From assembly GCA_963713045.1 (NCBI GenBank), contig CAVQKE010000004.1, positions 768,001 to 832,000 on the forward strand: a stretch of 64,000 nt of DNA, given 5' to 3'. The translations under genes were made by a program, and so were the position numbers. Position 1 is the first letter of the stretch. Every line of letters starts with the position of its first letter. The DNA comes from an uncultured delta proteobacterium (GTDB lineage Bacteria; Myxococcota; Myxococcia; Myxococcales; Myxococcaceae). The notes under the pieces are model-generated. The model saw only the letters and a program-made list of their open reading frames with translations. It ran no database searches and was not told the DNA's origin. Shown here in pieces: positions 9,670 through 20,451 of the stretch.

Positions 9670-9828
9670 GCCCGAATTAGACAGGTGTGACGAGACCTTA
9701 CCCGGATGGCATTGGTCAGCCGCCGGTGGGCAAGGTTTACGTGGTCGCAAGGGCCGTAGAACCGTCGCGGCGCTCACCCTCAGCCTCAACGCAAGCTCGC
9801 GAACGCACAGAAGCAACTCAGCCGCCAA
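9670..9828 (-). pseudogene. Frameshifted excisionase-like HTH_17 gene
   Basis: LLCVRELALRLRVSAATV / (shift) YGPCDHVNLAHRRLTNAIRV resembles the LTVREVA..LRVS.ATVY.LC..G.L.H.R..NAIRV pattern. Confidence 0.6.
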
Positions 9829-9888
9829 GGCAAGCAGTCTCAGCTCCCCTTGTCCTGTCCGGCAGAACTTGCGATGTGATGAATCGAC

Positions 9889-10320
9889 TTAGTCCTTGGA
9901 GAGGAGTTCTCCAAGCTTGAGCAGTGCAAGTTCCAAACGTTTGTTCACATTGTCCAGTGGCGCCCCGGTTCGCTCACCAACCTCGGTCGGCGAGAGGCCG
10001 TGCCAGTACGTTAACTCCAGGGCGGTGCGCTGCTCCGCAGAGATTGATGCCAACGCCTCACGCACCCGTCGAGCATCGCGAGTTTCCCCCGCGACGTGGA
10101 TTTCGGAGCTGACAGGCTGGGCTCTGTTCTTGTCCCCCAGCCCTTCCAGCACGTTGCGCGACCCCGACTGCTCGATGGCTTGTGTTCGTGCGGTGGTGGG
10201 CACCCAGGGGCCCTCAGTGCCCGATGAGGGCATGCGTTCTGCTGCGCACCGCCAGACCTCCACAGCGGCTGAATCTCCGCGGCCGCCACCAGTGAGAATC
10301 TCGGGGTCTCCATCCGCCAT
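9889..10320 (-). CDS. Sigma-70 region 4 (ECF-like) domain protein lacking region 2; possibly truncated
   Basis: VREALASISAEQRTALELTYWHGLSPTEVGERTGAPLDNVNKRL. Confidence 0.6.
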   Translation of the reverse strand: MADGDPEILTGGGRGDSAAVEVWRCAAERMPSSGTEGPWVPTTARTQAIEQSGSRNVLEGLGDKNRAQPVSSEIHVAGETRDARRVREALASISAEQRTALELTYWHGLSPTEVGERTGAPLDNVNKRLELALLKLGELLSKD

Positions 10321-10604
10321 GGAGAGAACGACGCCGACTTCGCGGAACCCACACCAACGCCGATCAGCCCTCGCCAGAGGGCTCCAACCACAACTCCGGG
10401 AGGAAATCGGTAGTATCAGGTCACACCCAGGATGTTCTCTCCGAGTACGAGGGACAAGCTAGCCATTAGCGGGCTGCGTCACCACCCCTATTATAGAGGG
10501 CCAACTAGGAGCGTTCGTTGGCAACGCTCTCGACGCCGGTTTGGCAACGTCAAGACTCACGTCCGGTCGACCCACGGGAGGTCAAAATGTGGTAGGCGTG
10601 ACTT

Positions 10605-11675
10605 GTGTTGCACGCGTTCGTTACCGCTAACCGTTCGGAGATCATCGCCCGGTGCAGGGCGCTCATTGCGAACCGCCCGGTGCCGCGGCCAACGGACGTA
10701 GAAATTGAACACGGCGTGCCACTCTTCCTTGATCAACTGGCCGACACTTTGCGCCGGGCGCTGACCTCCAACACAGAGATCGCAGACAGCGGTGCTAAAC
10801 ATGGATTCGAGCTACTCGAGCGAGGCTTCACGATAGCTCAAGTTGTTGGCGACTATAGCGGCATTTGTCAGACCATCACCGAACTCGCGGTCGAACGGTC
10901 TGCGCCAATTACGGCGCGAGAGTTTCAAACCCTTAACCTCTGCCTGGACCAGGCTATTGCCGGTGCAGTGACCGAATATGGCAGGTTGCGGGAACACGAA
11001 GGGACAGAGCGCCTAGGCCGCCTCTCACACGAGCTGCGCAACCTGCTGAATACCTCAATGCTGGCTTTTGATGTTCTCAAGACGGGCCGCGTTGGTGTTG
11101 GAGGCAGTACGGGAGCGATCCTTGCGCGGAGCCTCGGCGGCCTTCGCAATCTGCTCGATCGAGAGCTCGCCGAGGTGCGGCTTGGAGCAGGAATTCTCTA
11201 CCGAGAGAGAGTCGTAGTTCGTGATTTCATCGAAGACGTTGAGGTTGCTGCGGGAATGGATGCCAACGCGCGAGGTATTCAGTTCGCGGTCACGTCGCTC
11301 CCTAAAGATGTGACGGTTTATGCTGACCGACAGATCCTGACGTCTGTCATGTCGAACTTGTTGCAGAACGCGTTCAAGTTCACGCGGTCTGGCGGAAGTG
11401 TTTCGCTGCGCGCGCAGGCAACCAACGATCGGGTTCGTCTTAACGTTGAAGACCAGTGCGGAGGACTTCCGCTCGCCAAGATTGCTGACCTTTTTCATCC
11501 GTTCGAGCAAATGAGCGCCGACCGCACTGGATTGGGTTTAGGGCTCGCCATCTGTGAACGCGGTGCGCGGGTCAACGACGGAACGATTCAGGTCGTTAAC
11601 CACGCTGGCCTCGGATGTGTGTTCACCGTTGAACTGCCAAGGCAAGCGTCAAAGCTCTCTCGCGCAAGCGATTGA
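10605..11675 (+). CDS. Cytoplasmic sensor histidine kinase
   Basis: H-box LSHELRNLL, N-box NLLQNAFKFT, VEDQCGG, GLGLGLAI; no transmembrane segment. Confidence 0.92.
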   Translation: MLHAFVTANRSEIIARCRALIANRPVPRPTDVEIEHGVPLFLDQLADTLRRALTSNTEIADSGAKHGFELLERGFTIAQVVGDYSGICQTITELAVERSAPITAREFQTLNLCLDQAIAGAVTEYGRLREHEGTERLGRLSHELRNLLNTSMLAFDVLKTGRVGVGGSTGAILARSLGGLRNLLDRELAEVRLGAGILYRERVVVRDFIEDVEVAAGMDANARGIQFAVTSLPKDVTVYADRQILTSVMSNLLQNAFKFTRSGGSVSLRAQATNDRVRLNVEDQCGGLPLAKIADLFHPFEQMSADRTGLGLGLAICERGARVNDGTIQVVNHAGLGCVFTVELPRQASKLSRASD

Positions 11676-11781
11676 CGGTTGCATGTAGGGCGTTGGACTG
11701 TACGCTCGAGCGCATCGCTACGCCGATGACTTCGGTCGGGGCCCGACTTGGCCTTGGGACACCGGCCCGAGAGCGAGGGCC

Positions 11782-12150
11782 CTACCTCCCGTGCTGACGC
11801 ACATACGTCAGCGTGTACACAACGGACCTCGGCAGCTGGCTGCTCTCCATGACCTTCTTGACGAGTAACGTTTTCCCGTCTGGCTGCAGACGGAATTCCG
11901 TCTTGCCCTGCCCGTCGCTGGTTCGACCCTGCTGGACGAGCACGCCTTTTGCGAAGTGCTGTCTGGTCTGGCTCTCGTCGCCGGTCTGGTTCTTCATTTT
12001 CACTTCGGCGCCGTTGCTCGGGGAAATTTCCGCGGGGTACCCGGGCGTCTCGATTTCGACGTCCCCCTTCGCATCAAAGGCGATGGTGTAGGAGGGACGA
12101 ATCACTGCGCGCTCCACCAGCGCGCTCTTGGCAAACCCGCTCGCGATTCC
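11782..12150 (-). CDS. Hypothetical protein, probably N-terminally truncated
   Basis: Plausible beta-rich C-terminal half (..LQPDGKTLLVKKVMESSQLPRSVVYTLTY); the upstream part of the ORF looks non-coding. Confidence 0.4.
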   Translation of the reverse strand, partial: GIASGFAKSALVERAVIRPSYTIAFDAKGDVEIETPGYPAEISPSNGAEVKMKNQTGDESQTRQHFAKGVLVQQGRTSDGQGKTEFRLQPDGKTLLVKKVMESSQLPRSVVYTLTYVRQHGR

Positions 12151-12448
12151 CACAACCACCAACAATTCGCTACCGAGATTCGCTAGCGACAGGTCTCGGC
12201 CCGCTGCGCACATCCCCACCTTTCCAACCTCCCCTGGTGGACCAAGCTGAGATCCAGCTCGCCGCGCTGCAGGAGTACGAGCAGCTGCCGCGTGTGGCCT
12301 CTCGGAAGGTGTCGGACCGTCGAGGTGCGAAGGCCGACATGCGCCGCCGTTCTCGCGGACCGCGTCCTGCACCTTCAAACAGGATGCGTTCGGCGCGTGT
12401 CAAAAGGCTGGCGCCGGCTTCCCGAGCAACTCCGGACTCGCACGTTCT

Positions 12449-13048
12449 CTACGATGAAGCGCACTTCCCGCATAGCGCCTCCCGGAACTTCTTCTGGCGG
12501 AACATATTGAAAACGGCGTTCTCGAAAGCCCGGTTCAGCGTCTGCTGATAGCTTTCCGTGCTCCCGACCTTGCCATAGTTCGACCCCTGCCCGGTGACAT
12601 CGCCCTTCCAGCACGGAGTGTTTCCTACGCTGATGATGACCTCGAGTGCCACGCCGGCCGCGAATTCGGCATTCACGTACGTCTTCTCTTCCAGGTACAG
12701 CTCGTCAAGCGTGACTGCGAGGGTAGTCGCCGTTGGTCCCTTCCCGGGATTGCCGGCCCGCTTGAGAATGTCCTCAAGGGCAGTCTTGACGTAGGCCATC
12801 GCATCCCCCGTCATCTTGATGGGGTAGTCGGAGGCCGGCTTTTGTTCCTCGAAGCGTCGACCCGCCTCACCGGGGTTGTCTCGACCGTCCGTGGCGGTCA
12901 CAGAGATGGGTCCCGCACAAGCCGGGACGGTCCTCGGCTGGGGACCCGAGGGATAGTATTTCGGAGGAAACGTCGCGCCTTCGTTGAGTGAGGCGGCGCA
13001 ACCGAGAACCGCGAGCGGCAGAAAGATGGGTGCCCAGAACTTCAACAT
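12449..13048 (-). CDS. Lipoprotein (YajG-like)
   Basis: Lipobox VLGC; GGAGG RBS; alpha/beta pattern like YajG lipoproteins. Confidence 0.7.
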   Translation of the reverse strand: MLKFWAPIFLPLAVLGCAASLNEGATFPPKYYPSGPQPRTVPACAGPISVTATDGRDNPGEAGRRFEEQKPASDYPIKMTGDAMAYVKTALEDILKRAGNPGKGPTATTLAVTLDELYLEEKTYVNAEFAAGVALEVIISVGNTPCWKGDVTGQGSNYGKVGSTESYQQTLNRAFENAVFNMFRQKKFREALCGKCASS

Positions 13049-13675
13049 GCGACCTCCGGCTAGTCAGGAATGGTTGTAAGCCGAGCAGGGTCGCCCGCTC
13101 GCGCTTAGGGTAGGCATGCTCAGCTCTCGGGGGAAGTGAAGCGCGAAGAAATGCGGCTGCTTCCCGCGCTGGATAGTCCACAGACAGTCGCCCGAAAAGC
13201 CCGGGCGCAGCTTCGCAACCTTGTCCACTGAAGCAGAAGCCTGGATCCGCACCTGAGGCCGAAAAAAGCCTCGTGGCTGTGTTCGATTCGTGTCGATGCC
13301 TCCGACCTCGCTAGACCTCCACCGACGCTACCCGGCCCGTGAGTGAACCCGCGCGCTCGAAGACGGTGGACTTACTCGAAGATGGACTGTCCCAACCCTC
13401 AACGGATGTACTTCAGCGGAGGAGTTTCCCAAGCTCGGATTCGAAGGTTCCGAATTCCTTCCGCCGCTCTAATGCCTTGGTGGTCGAGCGACCTCATGGT
13501 CCCAGGTTCTTCTCTTCGTCCTGGTTAGGCCGTCTTTCGGCTCCTAATCAAACCCTCACCGGTCAGTTCGAGCTGGGCCAGGTTCACTCAGGTGCTCATT
13601 CCAGCTTTCCTCCACGCCGCTACCGCCCAGTCGTGGGTAACGGTTCGAATCTCGTCCGCACTTCCTCGGAGCCGA

Positions 13676-14803
13676 TCACTTGCCAGTCTTTAGTTCGGTG
13701 GGGATGGTCTTCGCCTTGCCGGCGACCGGTGCCCCCGCATAGGCGCGCTTTAGTCCCTCCTGAAGGCCTAGGAGGAAGCCGTTCTCCACCACCTTCTCCA
13801 TGGTCAGGAGCAGCTGCTGATCCGGTCGTGTCAGCTCGTCCCGGATGAGGATCACGCCGGAGGGCGTTGTTCCCTCAGTTGGAGTGGAAATGGCCATTGA
13901 AAGCCGGCCGAGCAGCGCCCCGAACGCGCTACCGACGCTTGCATCATGGGGAACGATCTCCGAGGTCTCGAGGTGGGGATCGACCTGCCCGGTCAGCTTA
14001 CCCTGATTCGACTCGAAGCTCATCCTCATGCTGAAAAGACCAGGCGACAGCTTCACGTCGTTTTGACTGTCGATAAGCGCGTTTATCTGTGAAACGTCAA
14101 AGCCTTCGAGCTCCGCCCCTCCGGCGAAGGACGGCGCCATGGCGAAGGGAGCCGCTTGGACGACCACTGACATCCTGCCCTTCCGCTGAACGATGCCTGA
14201 GGCGGCCAGGGTCATCGGTCCCGAAGTGATGTTCGGGCGCGATCCCAGGTTCTCCAGCGTCGCTTCGATGTTGTGGAACCACAGCGTCGGCCGGTACTTT
14301 TGGTGGACCCAGACGTAAAGCACCTCACCGTCTTTTGCTTGAAGGCGGTCGAGCACAACCTCTACCGGAATGAGCTTGCTGAGTTCCGGGAGCCGCGCCG
14401 CTTGGCCCGGCGTCGGTTGCTCCAGCACCACCTTCACCCCGCGCGCATCGACCCGGGTGACTAGATGGCCGCCAAGCAGCTTTCCCCAGAGTACTTGCAG
14501 CGAAACGTTGTCGGCGTAGAAGAGTGGGTCCTTCGTTTGCCGCTCCGGTTGGCTGAGCTTGAGGTGAGTGACCCTATAGACCAGCGGAAAGAAACTGAGC
14601 TGTGCGTCGAGGAAGTCGCCCTGAACGCCATTGAGCTTCTCGAGCCATCGTCGCGTCTGCCAGCGCGCGACGGGATGCGCAACCACGCGGACACCCACGA
14701 GCAGTACGCCGAATATAGCGAGCGCGACCAGCCACCAGGGCGAGCGTTTGCCCCAGGGCCAGTGCAGATGGCCGCGGGCAGCCGACTTGCTTCGCTGTGT
14801 CAT
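13676..14803 (-). CDS. DUF748-like (AsmA-related) membrane-anchored protein
   Basis: N-terminal TM helix followed by long amphipathic beta-strand region. Confidence 0.7.
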   Translation of the reverse strand: MTQRSKSAARGHLHWPWGKRSPWWLVALAIFGVLLVGVRVVAHPVARWQTRRWLEKLNGVQGDFLDAQLSFFPLVYRVTHLKLSQPERQTKDPLFYADNVSLQVLWGKLLGGHLVTRVDARGVKVVLEQPTPGQAARLPELSKLIPVEVVLDRLQAKDGEVLYVWVHQKYRPTLWFHNIEATLENLGSRPNITSGPMTLAASGIVQRKGRMSVVVQAAPFAMAPSFAGGAELEGFDVSQINALIDSQNDVKLSPGLFSMRMSFESNQGKLTGQVDPHLETSEIVPHDASVGSAFGALLGRLSMAISTPTEGTTPSGVILIRDELTRPDQQLLLTMEKVVENGFLLGLQEGLKRAYAGAPVAGKAKTIPTELKTGK

Positions 14804-15359
14804 CCCGGATGGTCAATCTAGGGCTGGCAGATGAGTTCAACCATTACCGGCGCACTGGAAGCTTATCCGCCCTTCACGCCATGGGCGCCTTTCCGTCAAG
14901 GCCGAGGCCGCCGCGCTCGACGCGTTCGGGCGGGCCGCAGCCTCGTGTGACGCTAATCAGGACGGAATAACCGCCAGGCCGGCCGATGTAATCCGTGCTG
15001 CCATCACCGAAGTGAATGCGGCATGTCTCCGCGCGCAGGGTGTGGCGCGAAGATGGCCAACAAGAAAGGGGACCGTAGAGAAAGGCATGTCCTCGGCTTC
15101 GACACCCAACGTTCAACGGTCGAAGCAAGGAAGGCGATCTGCCTCGCAATCCTCACCGTCCTGCCGCGGACCATCGGTGAAGCTGGAGGCACGTCGCACG
15201 CGACCGCGAGCTTCTCGGACGAAACAAGGGAGTCCGTGCATCACGGATGAGACCTCGTATAGTGCCTGCGTCCGCGGGCAGGTTGTGTCGAGCGCTCGAA
15301 ATAGCCAACGCTTGTGCCGAGGTTTTCTCGGAACGTCAGAGTATGAAGGAGGGGAAGCT

Positions 15360-15509
15360 ATGAATCTTCTTTGGGGCGTGGTGGTGCTTCTGGTCGTCCT
15401 CTGGCTGCTTGGATTCACACTCCACGTGGGAGGTGGAATCATCCACCTGTTGCTCGTGGTGGCGGTCATCGTGATCATCATACGGCTTGTGAGCGGACGA
15501 GGCGTCTGA
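15360..15509 (+). CDS. lmo0937-family small membrane protein
   Basis: LVVLWLLGFTLHVGGGIIHLLLVVAVIV..IRLVSGR; AGGAGG RBS. Confidence 0.85.
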   Translation: MNLLWGVVVLLVVLWLLGFTLHVGGGIIHLLLVVAVIVIIIRLVSGRGV

Positions 15510-15635
15510 GCCAGCGCCTTGCTTGACGTTTCGTCCTGGGCGGAGCACAAGCACAGCCCTCGACTCAGGCTGGGCGGGGCTGAGCCGCGCGCGAGCAGTC
15601 GCTCCGTGGGCTCCAACGCGAAAGAGGTTTCATCC

Positions 15636-15923
15636 ATGAAGAGGCTTTTTTGTGCAGTGGTGCTGATGACGGCCACTGGCAGCTTCGCTGACGACACGAT
15701 GCAGAAGACGGGCAAGCAGGTCGACAAGGCGACTTCCGACACAGTCGATACGAGCAAGAAGGCGGCGCAAGACGCTTCCAAGGCGACCGAGAAGGCCGCC
15801 TCCAAGACCTCCGACGCGACGAAGAAGGGCGTGGCGAGTGGCGCGGATGCGACCAACAAGGCCGCCTCGAAATCGGCAGATGCCGTTAAGAAGTCGACGA
15901 ACGACGTGGCGCCCTCCAAGTAG
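15636..15923 (+). CDS. Secreted LEA-like Ala/Lys/Thr/Asp-rich protein
   Basis: Signal peptide; ~11-residue periodic K-A-T/S-D repeats. Confidence 0.75.
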   Translation: MKRLFCAVVLMTATGSFADDTMQKTGKQVDKATSDTVDTSKKAAQDASKATEKAASKTSDATKKGVASGADATNKAASKSADAVKKSTNDVAPSK

Positions 15924-15925
15924 CC

Positions 15926-16651
15926 TTGAAGCAGGTGCTCGTCACCGGAGCGAGCCGAGGGATCGGTGCTGCCACGGCTCTCTCGTTTGGCACGGCCGGC
16001 TACCGGGTGTGGTTGCACTACCGGAAAGAGGAGGCGGCTGCCCGGAGCGTGGCTGCCACGATCGTCCAGGCCGGGGGCCCCGAGCCCCATCTGGTGTCCT
16101 TCGACCTCGCTGACCGCCACCAGACAGAAGCCGCGACGCGCACCCTTCTCCGGGACATGGGTGCTCCTGACGCCTTGGTGTTCAACGCAGGCATTTCCCG
16201 CAATGAACTCTTTGCGCTGACGGATGACGCTCTGTGGGACGAGGTCCTCGGAACCAATCTGGGCGGGTTCCTTGCCGTCGGCCGACCCGTGGTGAAGGCA
16301 ATGGTTCGGGAAAAGAGGGGGCGCATCGTCCTCGTGTCATCGGTCGCCGCCCAGCGCGGAAGCGCCGGGCAGGTTGCGTATGCCGCGAGCAAGGGCGCTC
16401 TCATCTCCGCGGCACGGTCCCTTGCGCTCGAACTCGCGCGGTTGAGCATCACCGTGAACGTTGTCTCGCCGGGTCTAATTCAAACGAAGATGCTCTCCGG
16501 TGTCCCGGTAGAGGCTTACTTGCCCTTAATCCCCCTGCGTCGGGTCGGCCTACCGACTGAGGTGGCGCATGTGATTCGCTACCTCTGCTCGGACGAGGCC
16601 GGCTTCGTCACTGGCCAGGTGATTGGCGTCAACGGCGGGCTGTGGATGTAG
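15926..16651 (+). CDS. fabG: 3-oxoacyl-ACP reductase (SDR)
   Basis: TGASRGIG, NAG, VSS, GQVAYAASKG (YxxxK), VTGQVIGVNGG. Confidence 0.9.
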   Translation: MKQVLVTGASRGIGAATALSFGTAGYRVWLHYRKEEAAARSVAATIVQAGGPEPHLVSFDLADRHQTEAATRTLLRDMGAPDALVFNAGISRNELFALTDDALWDEVLGTNLGGFLAVGRPVVKAMVREKRGRIVLVSSVAAQRGSAGQVAYAASKGALISAARSLALELARLSITVNVVSPGLIQTKMLSGVPVEAYLPLIPLRRVGLPTEVAHVIRYLCSDEAGFVTGQVIGVNGGLWM

Positions 16652-16662
16652 CCAGTATGCCG

Positions 16663-17367
16663 TCAGCTGCCGCGGATTCTCAGAAGGTCATCCGGCACGG
16701 GGAACCCGGGCTTATACATTGCCACGCTCAGCTCGAGGCTAAAACCTCTGCTGTCTGCCAAATGAACCGAGCGGGCAACCCAGGTCCCCTGGACGAGTTC
16801 GAGGTGGTCGTAGTCCACCTGCACCACCAGCTTGCCGTCGCGGAAATAACGCTTGCGACGAAGGGCCAGGGTTCCGTCATCCCGCCACTCTTCAACTGCA
16901 TCGACGTCATCGTCGGCGGGGATGTTCGACCTCGACACCCAGCTCCCCGACTCGGCCGTGAGCGGTCCGGTGGCTCGCAGGAAGTAGATGCGCTCGACGG
17001 CGCGTCCGAGGTTGGTCGGGTCGAAACGCAGGGCGAAGTCCTTCAGGTAAACTTGGGCCTCCCAGCGTCCATCCACCTTGGCAACGTCGAAGAGCTTAGG
17101 TCCCACGGCCGCCGCGGCCGACACCCTGAACGAGCCGTCCTTGCGTGCCAAGAAGTAGCCCGACATTAAGTAGTTCTGCCCCTGGTACTTCGCGACCACC
17201 TGGTGAAGCATCTTGAACGACGCAGGCGCATGGGACGCAAGCTTGACCTTCTCTGCCTCGGCGGCGGCGACCGACATGGAGACCGGCCGCGTCGGCGGAA
17301 CGCCGTCCGTCTGATGCGCACACCCGCAGAGAATCGCCAGCAAGGCGCGGAGGCGCCAGCGGTTCAT
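16663..17367 (-). CDS. Lipoprotein, DUF3261/LolA-like fold (ApeN-like)
   Basis: Lipobox LCGC; beta-rich; start overlaps the MMPL stop (ATGA). Confidence 0.65.
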   Translation of the reverse strand: MNRWRLRALLAILCGCAHQTDGVPPTRPVSMSVAAAEAEKVKLASHAPASFKMLHQVVAKYQGQNYLMSGYFLARKDGSFRVSAAAAVGPKLFDVAKVDGRWEAQVYLKDFALRFDPTNLGRAVERIYFLRATGPLTAESGSWVSRSNIPADDDVDAVEEWRDDGTLALRRKRYFRDGKLVVQVDYDHLELVQGTWVARSVHLADSRGFSLELSVAMYKPGFPVPDDLLRIRGS

Positions 17368-19800
17368 GAATGACCTTCCGACTTCATGAGTCTTGGTCGG
17401 AGCATGCGGTAAAGGCCGGCGAGTAGGAAAATGGCCGACGCGGCACTGATGATAATTCCAAGACCGACGGCGGCACCCAGGGACTTCAACGCTCGGTAGG
17501 ACGCGAGGACGAGCGTTCCAAATCCAATGAGAGCGGTGAGCCCTGTCAGCAGGACCCCCGTCGACTCCACGCCCGTCACCGGCGACGGCCCGGTGACGCC
17601 TTGAAGCGCGAAAATACCGTAGTCGACGCCGCATCCGAGAATCAGCACGAGGGCGCTTGCGGAGACGATGTTTAGTGGCACGTGGCTGGCCGCGAGGACC
17701 GCCATCGTCCCCGCCCAACCGAGGCACGCGGGAAGACACGCGACGACGGCCAGTCTCGAAGACCGGTAGGCCACAGCGAGGAGCAGCACGTTGAGCACGA
17801 GACCCAGGCCGCTGAAGAAGGCGAGCTGGCGTGGAATATTGGCCATTGTGTTGTTGGCGAGCGCCTCTGCGTTGAGCAGGGCCGTACCGGTCGGCAGTTC
17901 TTTGCTCAGCGAGGCGACCTCGGCAGCCCCAACGGTCTGCACCGGGGTGACGACGATGCATGTGTCCGCCGAGCACCGGAGCATTCGGTTGAGGAGGGGT
18001 TCCAGGGATGTCCGGTTGAAGTCCTCGGGGGTCAGCGGCGCCACCCGTCCTGCCACAACCGCGGAGACCTCTGCCCAGAAGCCATCAAAGGCATCCGGGA
18101 GGAATCCCGCCTCGACTGCTGCGGCCGACAGCCGTGCCCGGGCTCTCGGGAGATCGAGCTCGGCAAGTCGCTTTGCCCTCGCGCGCTGTGTGACGACGGC
18201 GGGGAGGAAGGACCCAACGCTGAGGGCTCCCAAAGTGTCGCCTGCGTCGGTCAAGCGTCGCAGGATGCTCCCGACGGCATCGTTGAGAGCGAGGGCCTCC
18301 TGCGCCGTTCGACCACGTGCCACCACCAACGAATCTGCCGTGCGGAGCCCGAACCGGCCCGTCACACGTTCGAAGTCAGCGAGCGTTCGCGGATTCTGAG
18401 CGTCCAGGTGTCGCAGCTCACCGTCGAACCGCAGCCTTGGCGCCAAGACCACGGAAGCCACGAGGATGGCCACCGCTATCCCACACGACGCCCAGGGTGG
18501 CACCCTCCACGTTTGGAGCGCGGGCATCCATCTCGGAATGCCGGGCCACCGCTTTGGACCCCAGAGCGCAGACAGCGGCACGAGCAAGAATCAGCGTGGC
18601 TGCGAACGAGGTAACCAGCCCTGCGCCGGCAAAGAGGGCTGCCTCTCTCAGGAACGGGAACTGTGAGAGGAGCATCATCAAGAAGGCGATGAGGGTGGTG
18701 AGAAACCCGAGCCACAGCGATTGCCACGTCTCGTCGAGGCCGGTGCGCATCCGCTCGAGGGGCTCTCCGGGGTGCACGGACGCCGCGTTGAGAAGGTAGA
18801 GCGGATAGTCCATACCGACGCCCATCAGCACGGACCCAAAGGCGAAGGTCAGTGCATGAATTCGTCCCTGGGCGAGCGCGACAGCCGTCAGTCCGCCGAC
18901 CATGCCAAGCCCGACCGGGATCGCCGCCAGAAAAAACAGCCTCAAGCTTCGAAACCTGACCAGGAAGAGAAGAATCAAGCCGACCGCCGATGTGAGCAGG
19001 GTGATGGCCACGTCCTTGCGAACCGCTGCAGCACTCTCCGCTGCGAACCTCGGTCCACCGACGGACATCACTACCGCCGGGCCTGCGGGACCGGGCTTCA
19101 ACCGGATGGCCTCAGTCGCCACCGTGTCGAGGAGTGCGCGCGAGACACGTGCATCAAGCGCAGACCCTGCGGGTGTCGTCACCAGCAGCAGATGGCGCCC
19201 ATCCCGCGAAAGCAGTTGACCCTGCACCGGATGGACGTCCCCCGCCAATCGCGACAGTGCCGCGACGAGCTCGGCGTCGAGGCCGAGAGGGTCACGCAGC
19301 AAATTAGCCTTTGTGACCAGTGCCTGCGGCGATGAGAGCCGACGCTTAAGTGCAGCCAGGGCCATCTCGATGCGCTCCGGGTTCAACCGCCGTTCGATCT
19401 CGGCAGCAGGGTCCTCGAAGAGGTACAGGCGGTGTGGAAACAGCACCTGCCCCACCACCGTCATCTCGTGTGCCGATGGGCCGCTATACACCTCAAGGAA
19501 CGCGCCCGACCCGCGAAGTCCGGCCGCGAGCGCTTGGCCTCGGTCTGCCAGCTGCTCCTCCGTTGCTCCCGGAAGCTCGACGTCGATAAGTAGGGTGTTG
19601 AGCACGCCAAAGTCGCTCAGCAGGCGGGCTGCCTCTCGCGGGGAACCAGGGCCCCCCGGAAGCATCGCGCCCACGTCTTGCTCGGTGGTGGTACGCGCGT
19701 AGAGGGCGAGGGCAGCGAGCATCAGCAGCGCAGGAACCAGCAGCGTGACCCCCGGGTGAGCGGACATCCAACGGTGAGCCGTATGCAGACCCGCCCGCAT
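17364..19800 (-). CDS. MMPL/RND-family lipid exporter (ApeM-like); +1 frameshift near 18588
   Basis: Two halves with GVGMDYPLY and GCGVDYGIF motifs; ORFs 18418-19800 and 17364-18587 join as ATLIL-LVPLSALWG on removing one base. Confidence 0.85.
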
Positions 19801-19802
19801 CG

Positions 19803-20399
19803 TCAGTGTGCCGAAGCTTGAATCCTCTGATCCCGGAAAGAGATCTCAGTCGAGTCACCGTCGGGCTCGTTGAGGAGAACACGCGCCAGGTGAAGACTGC
19901 GATCGAAGTCGAGTTGGATTCGCCGCAGCGTCCGCGCGAGTTCCTGCGTCCGTGGAGTCAGCGAGACGCTCAGGGGCTCCTTGCGCTCGACGGTCAGATT
20001 GAACAGCGGCAACAGGCGGTCGAAATCAGCCTCAAGGACGGCGCGAATGGTCTCAAAGACCTTCCCCATGCCTGGTTCGGACGAGAGGTCAACCGTCTGG
20101 GTGGCGCTCATCCCGGGGTAGCTGATGGTCACGCGCTGACCCTCGACAACCACCTCGCTTTCGGCGGGAGGAAAAGTCCGCCAGACGAGTCGGCCACCCT
20201 TTTGATATTCTAGAGTCCCTTCGGTGATGAGCGCATCACGAAGGGCGGCCAGATGGCGGGTCTGGCTGAAGCGCGCGGATAGCTTCTCCGTTCGCTGCAG
20301 GGACTCGCGAAGCGCGAGGAGCTCCCGGGGGAGGGGCTCGGGTGGCGTGGCGGCGGCGTGAAACGCCAGCAACACGGTCGTCCAGAAGAGGCCGTTCAT
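19803..20399 (-). CDS. LolA-like outer-membrane lipoprotein carrier (ApeL-like)
   Basis: Signal peptide; LSARFSQTRHL..L...L..EG.L......LVWR..PP, EPDGDSTEISF. Confidence 0.85.
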   Translation of the reverse strand: MNGLFWTTVLLAFHAAATPPEPLPRELLALRESLQRTEKLSARFSQTRHLAALRDALITEGTLEYQKGGRLVWRTFPPAESEVVVEGQRVTISYPGMSATQTVDLSSEPGMGKVFETIRAVLEADFDRLLPLFNLTVERKEPLSVSLTPRTQELARTLRRIQLDFDRSLHLARVLLNEPDGDSTEISFRDQRIQASAH

Positions 20400-20451
20400 G
20401 CTGGCACAGGACATACCACTGCAGAGTCAGGCCACGGGAGGGCCAAATCCA

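Noticed and set aside
12170..12330. Possible IS21 istA C-terminal remnant (..AEIQLAALQEYEQL)
   Set aside because: Short, vague similarity; no IRs or istB
13641..13672. GGTTCGAATCTCGTCCGCACTTCCTCGGAG as a fifth att fragment
   Set aside because: Resembles copy 3 only with gaps; no anticodon arm and a poor T-stem; too weak to call
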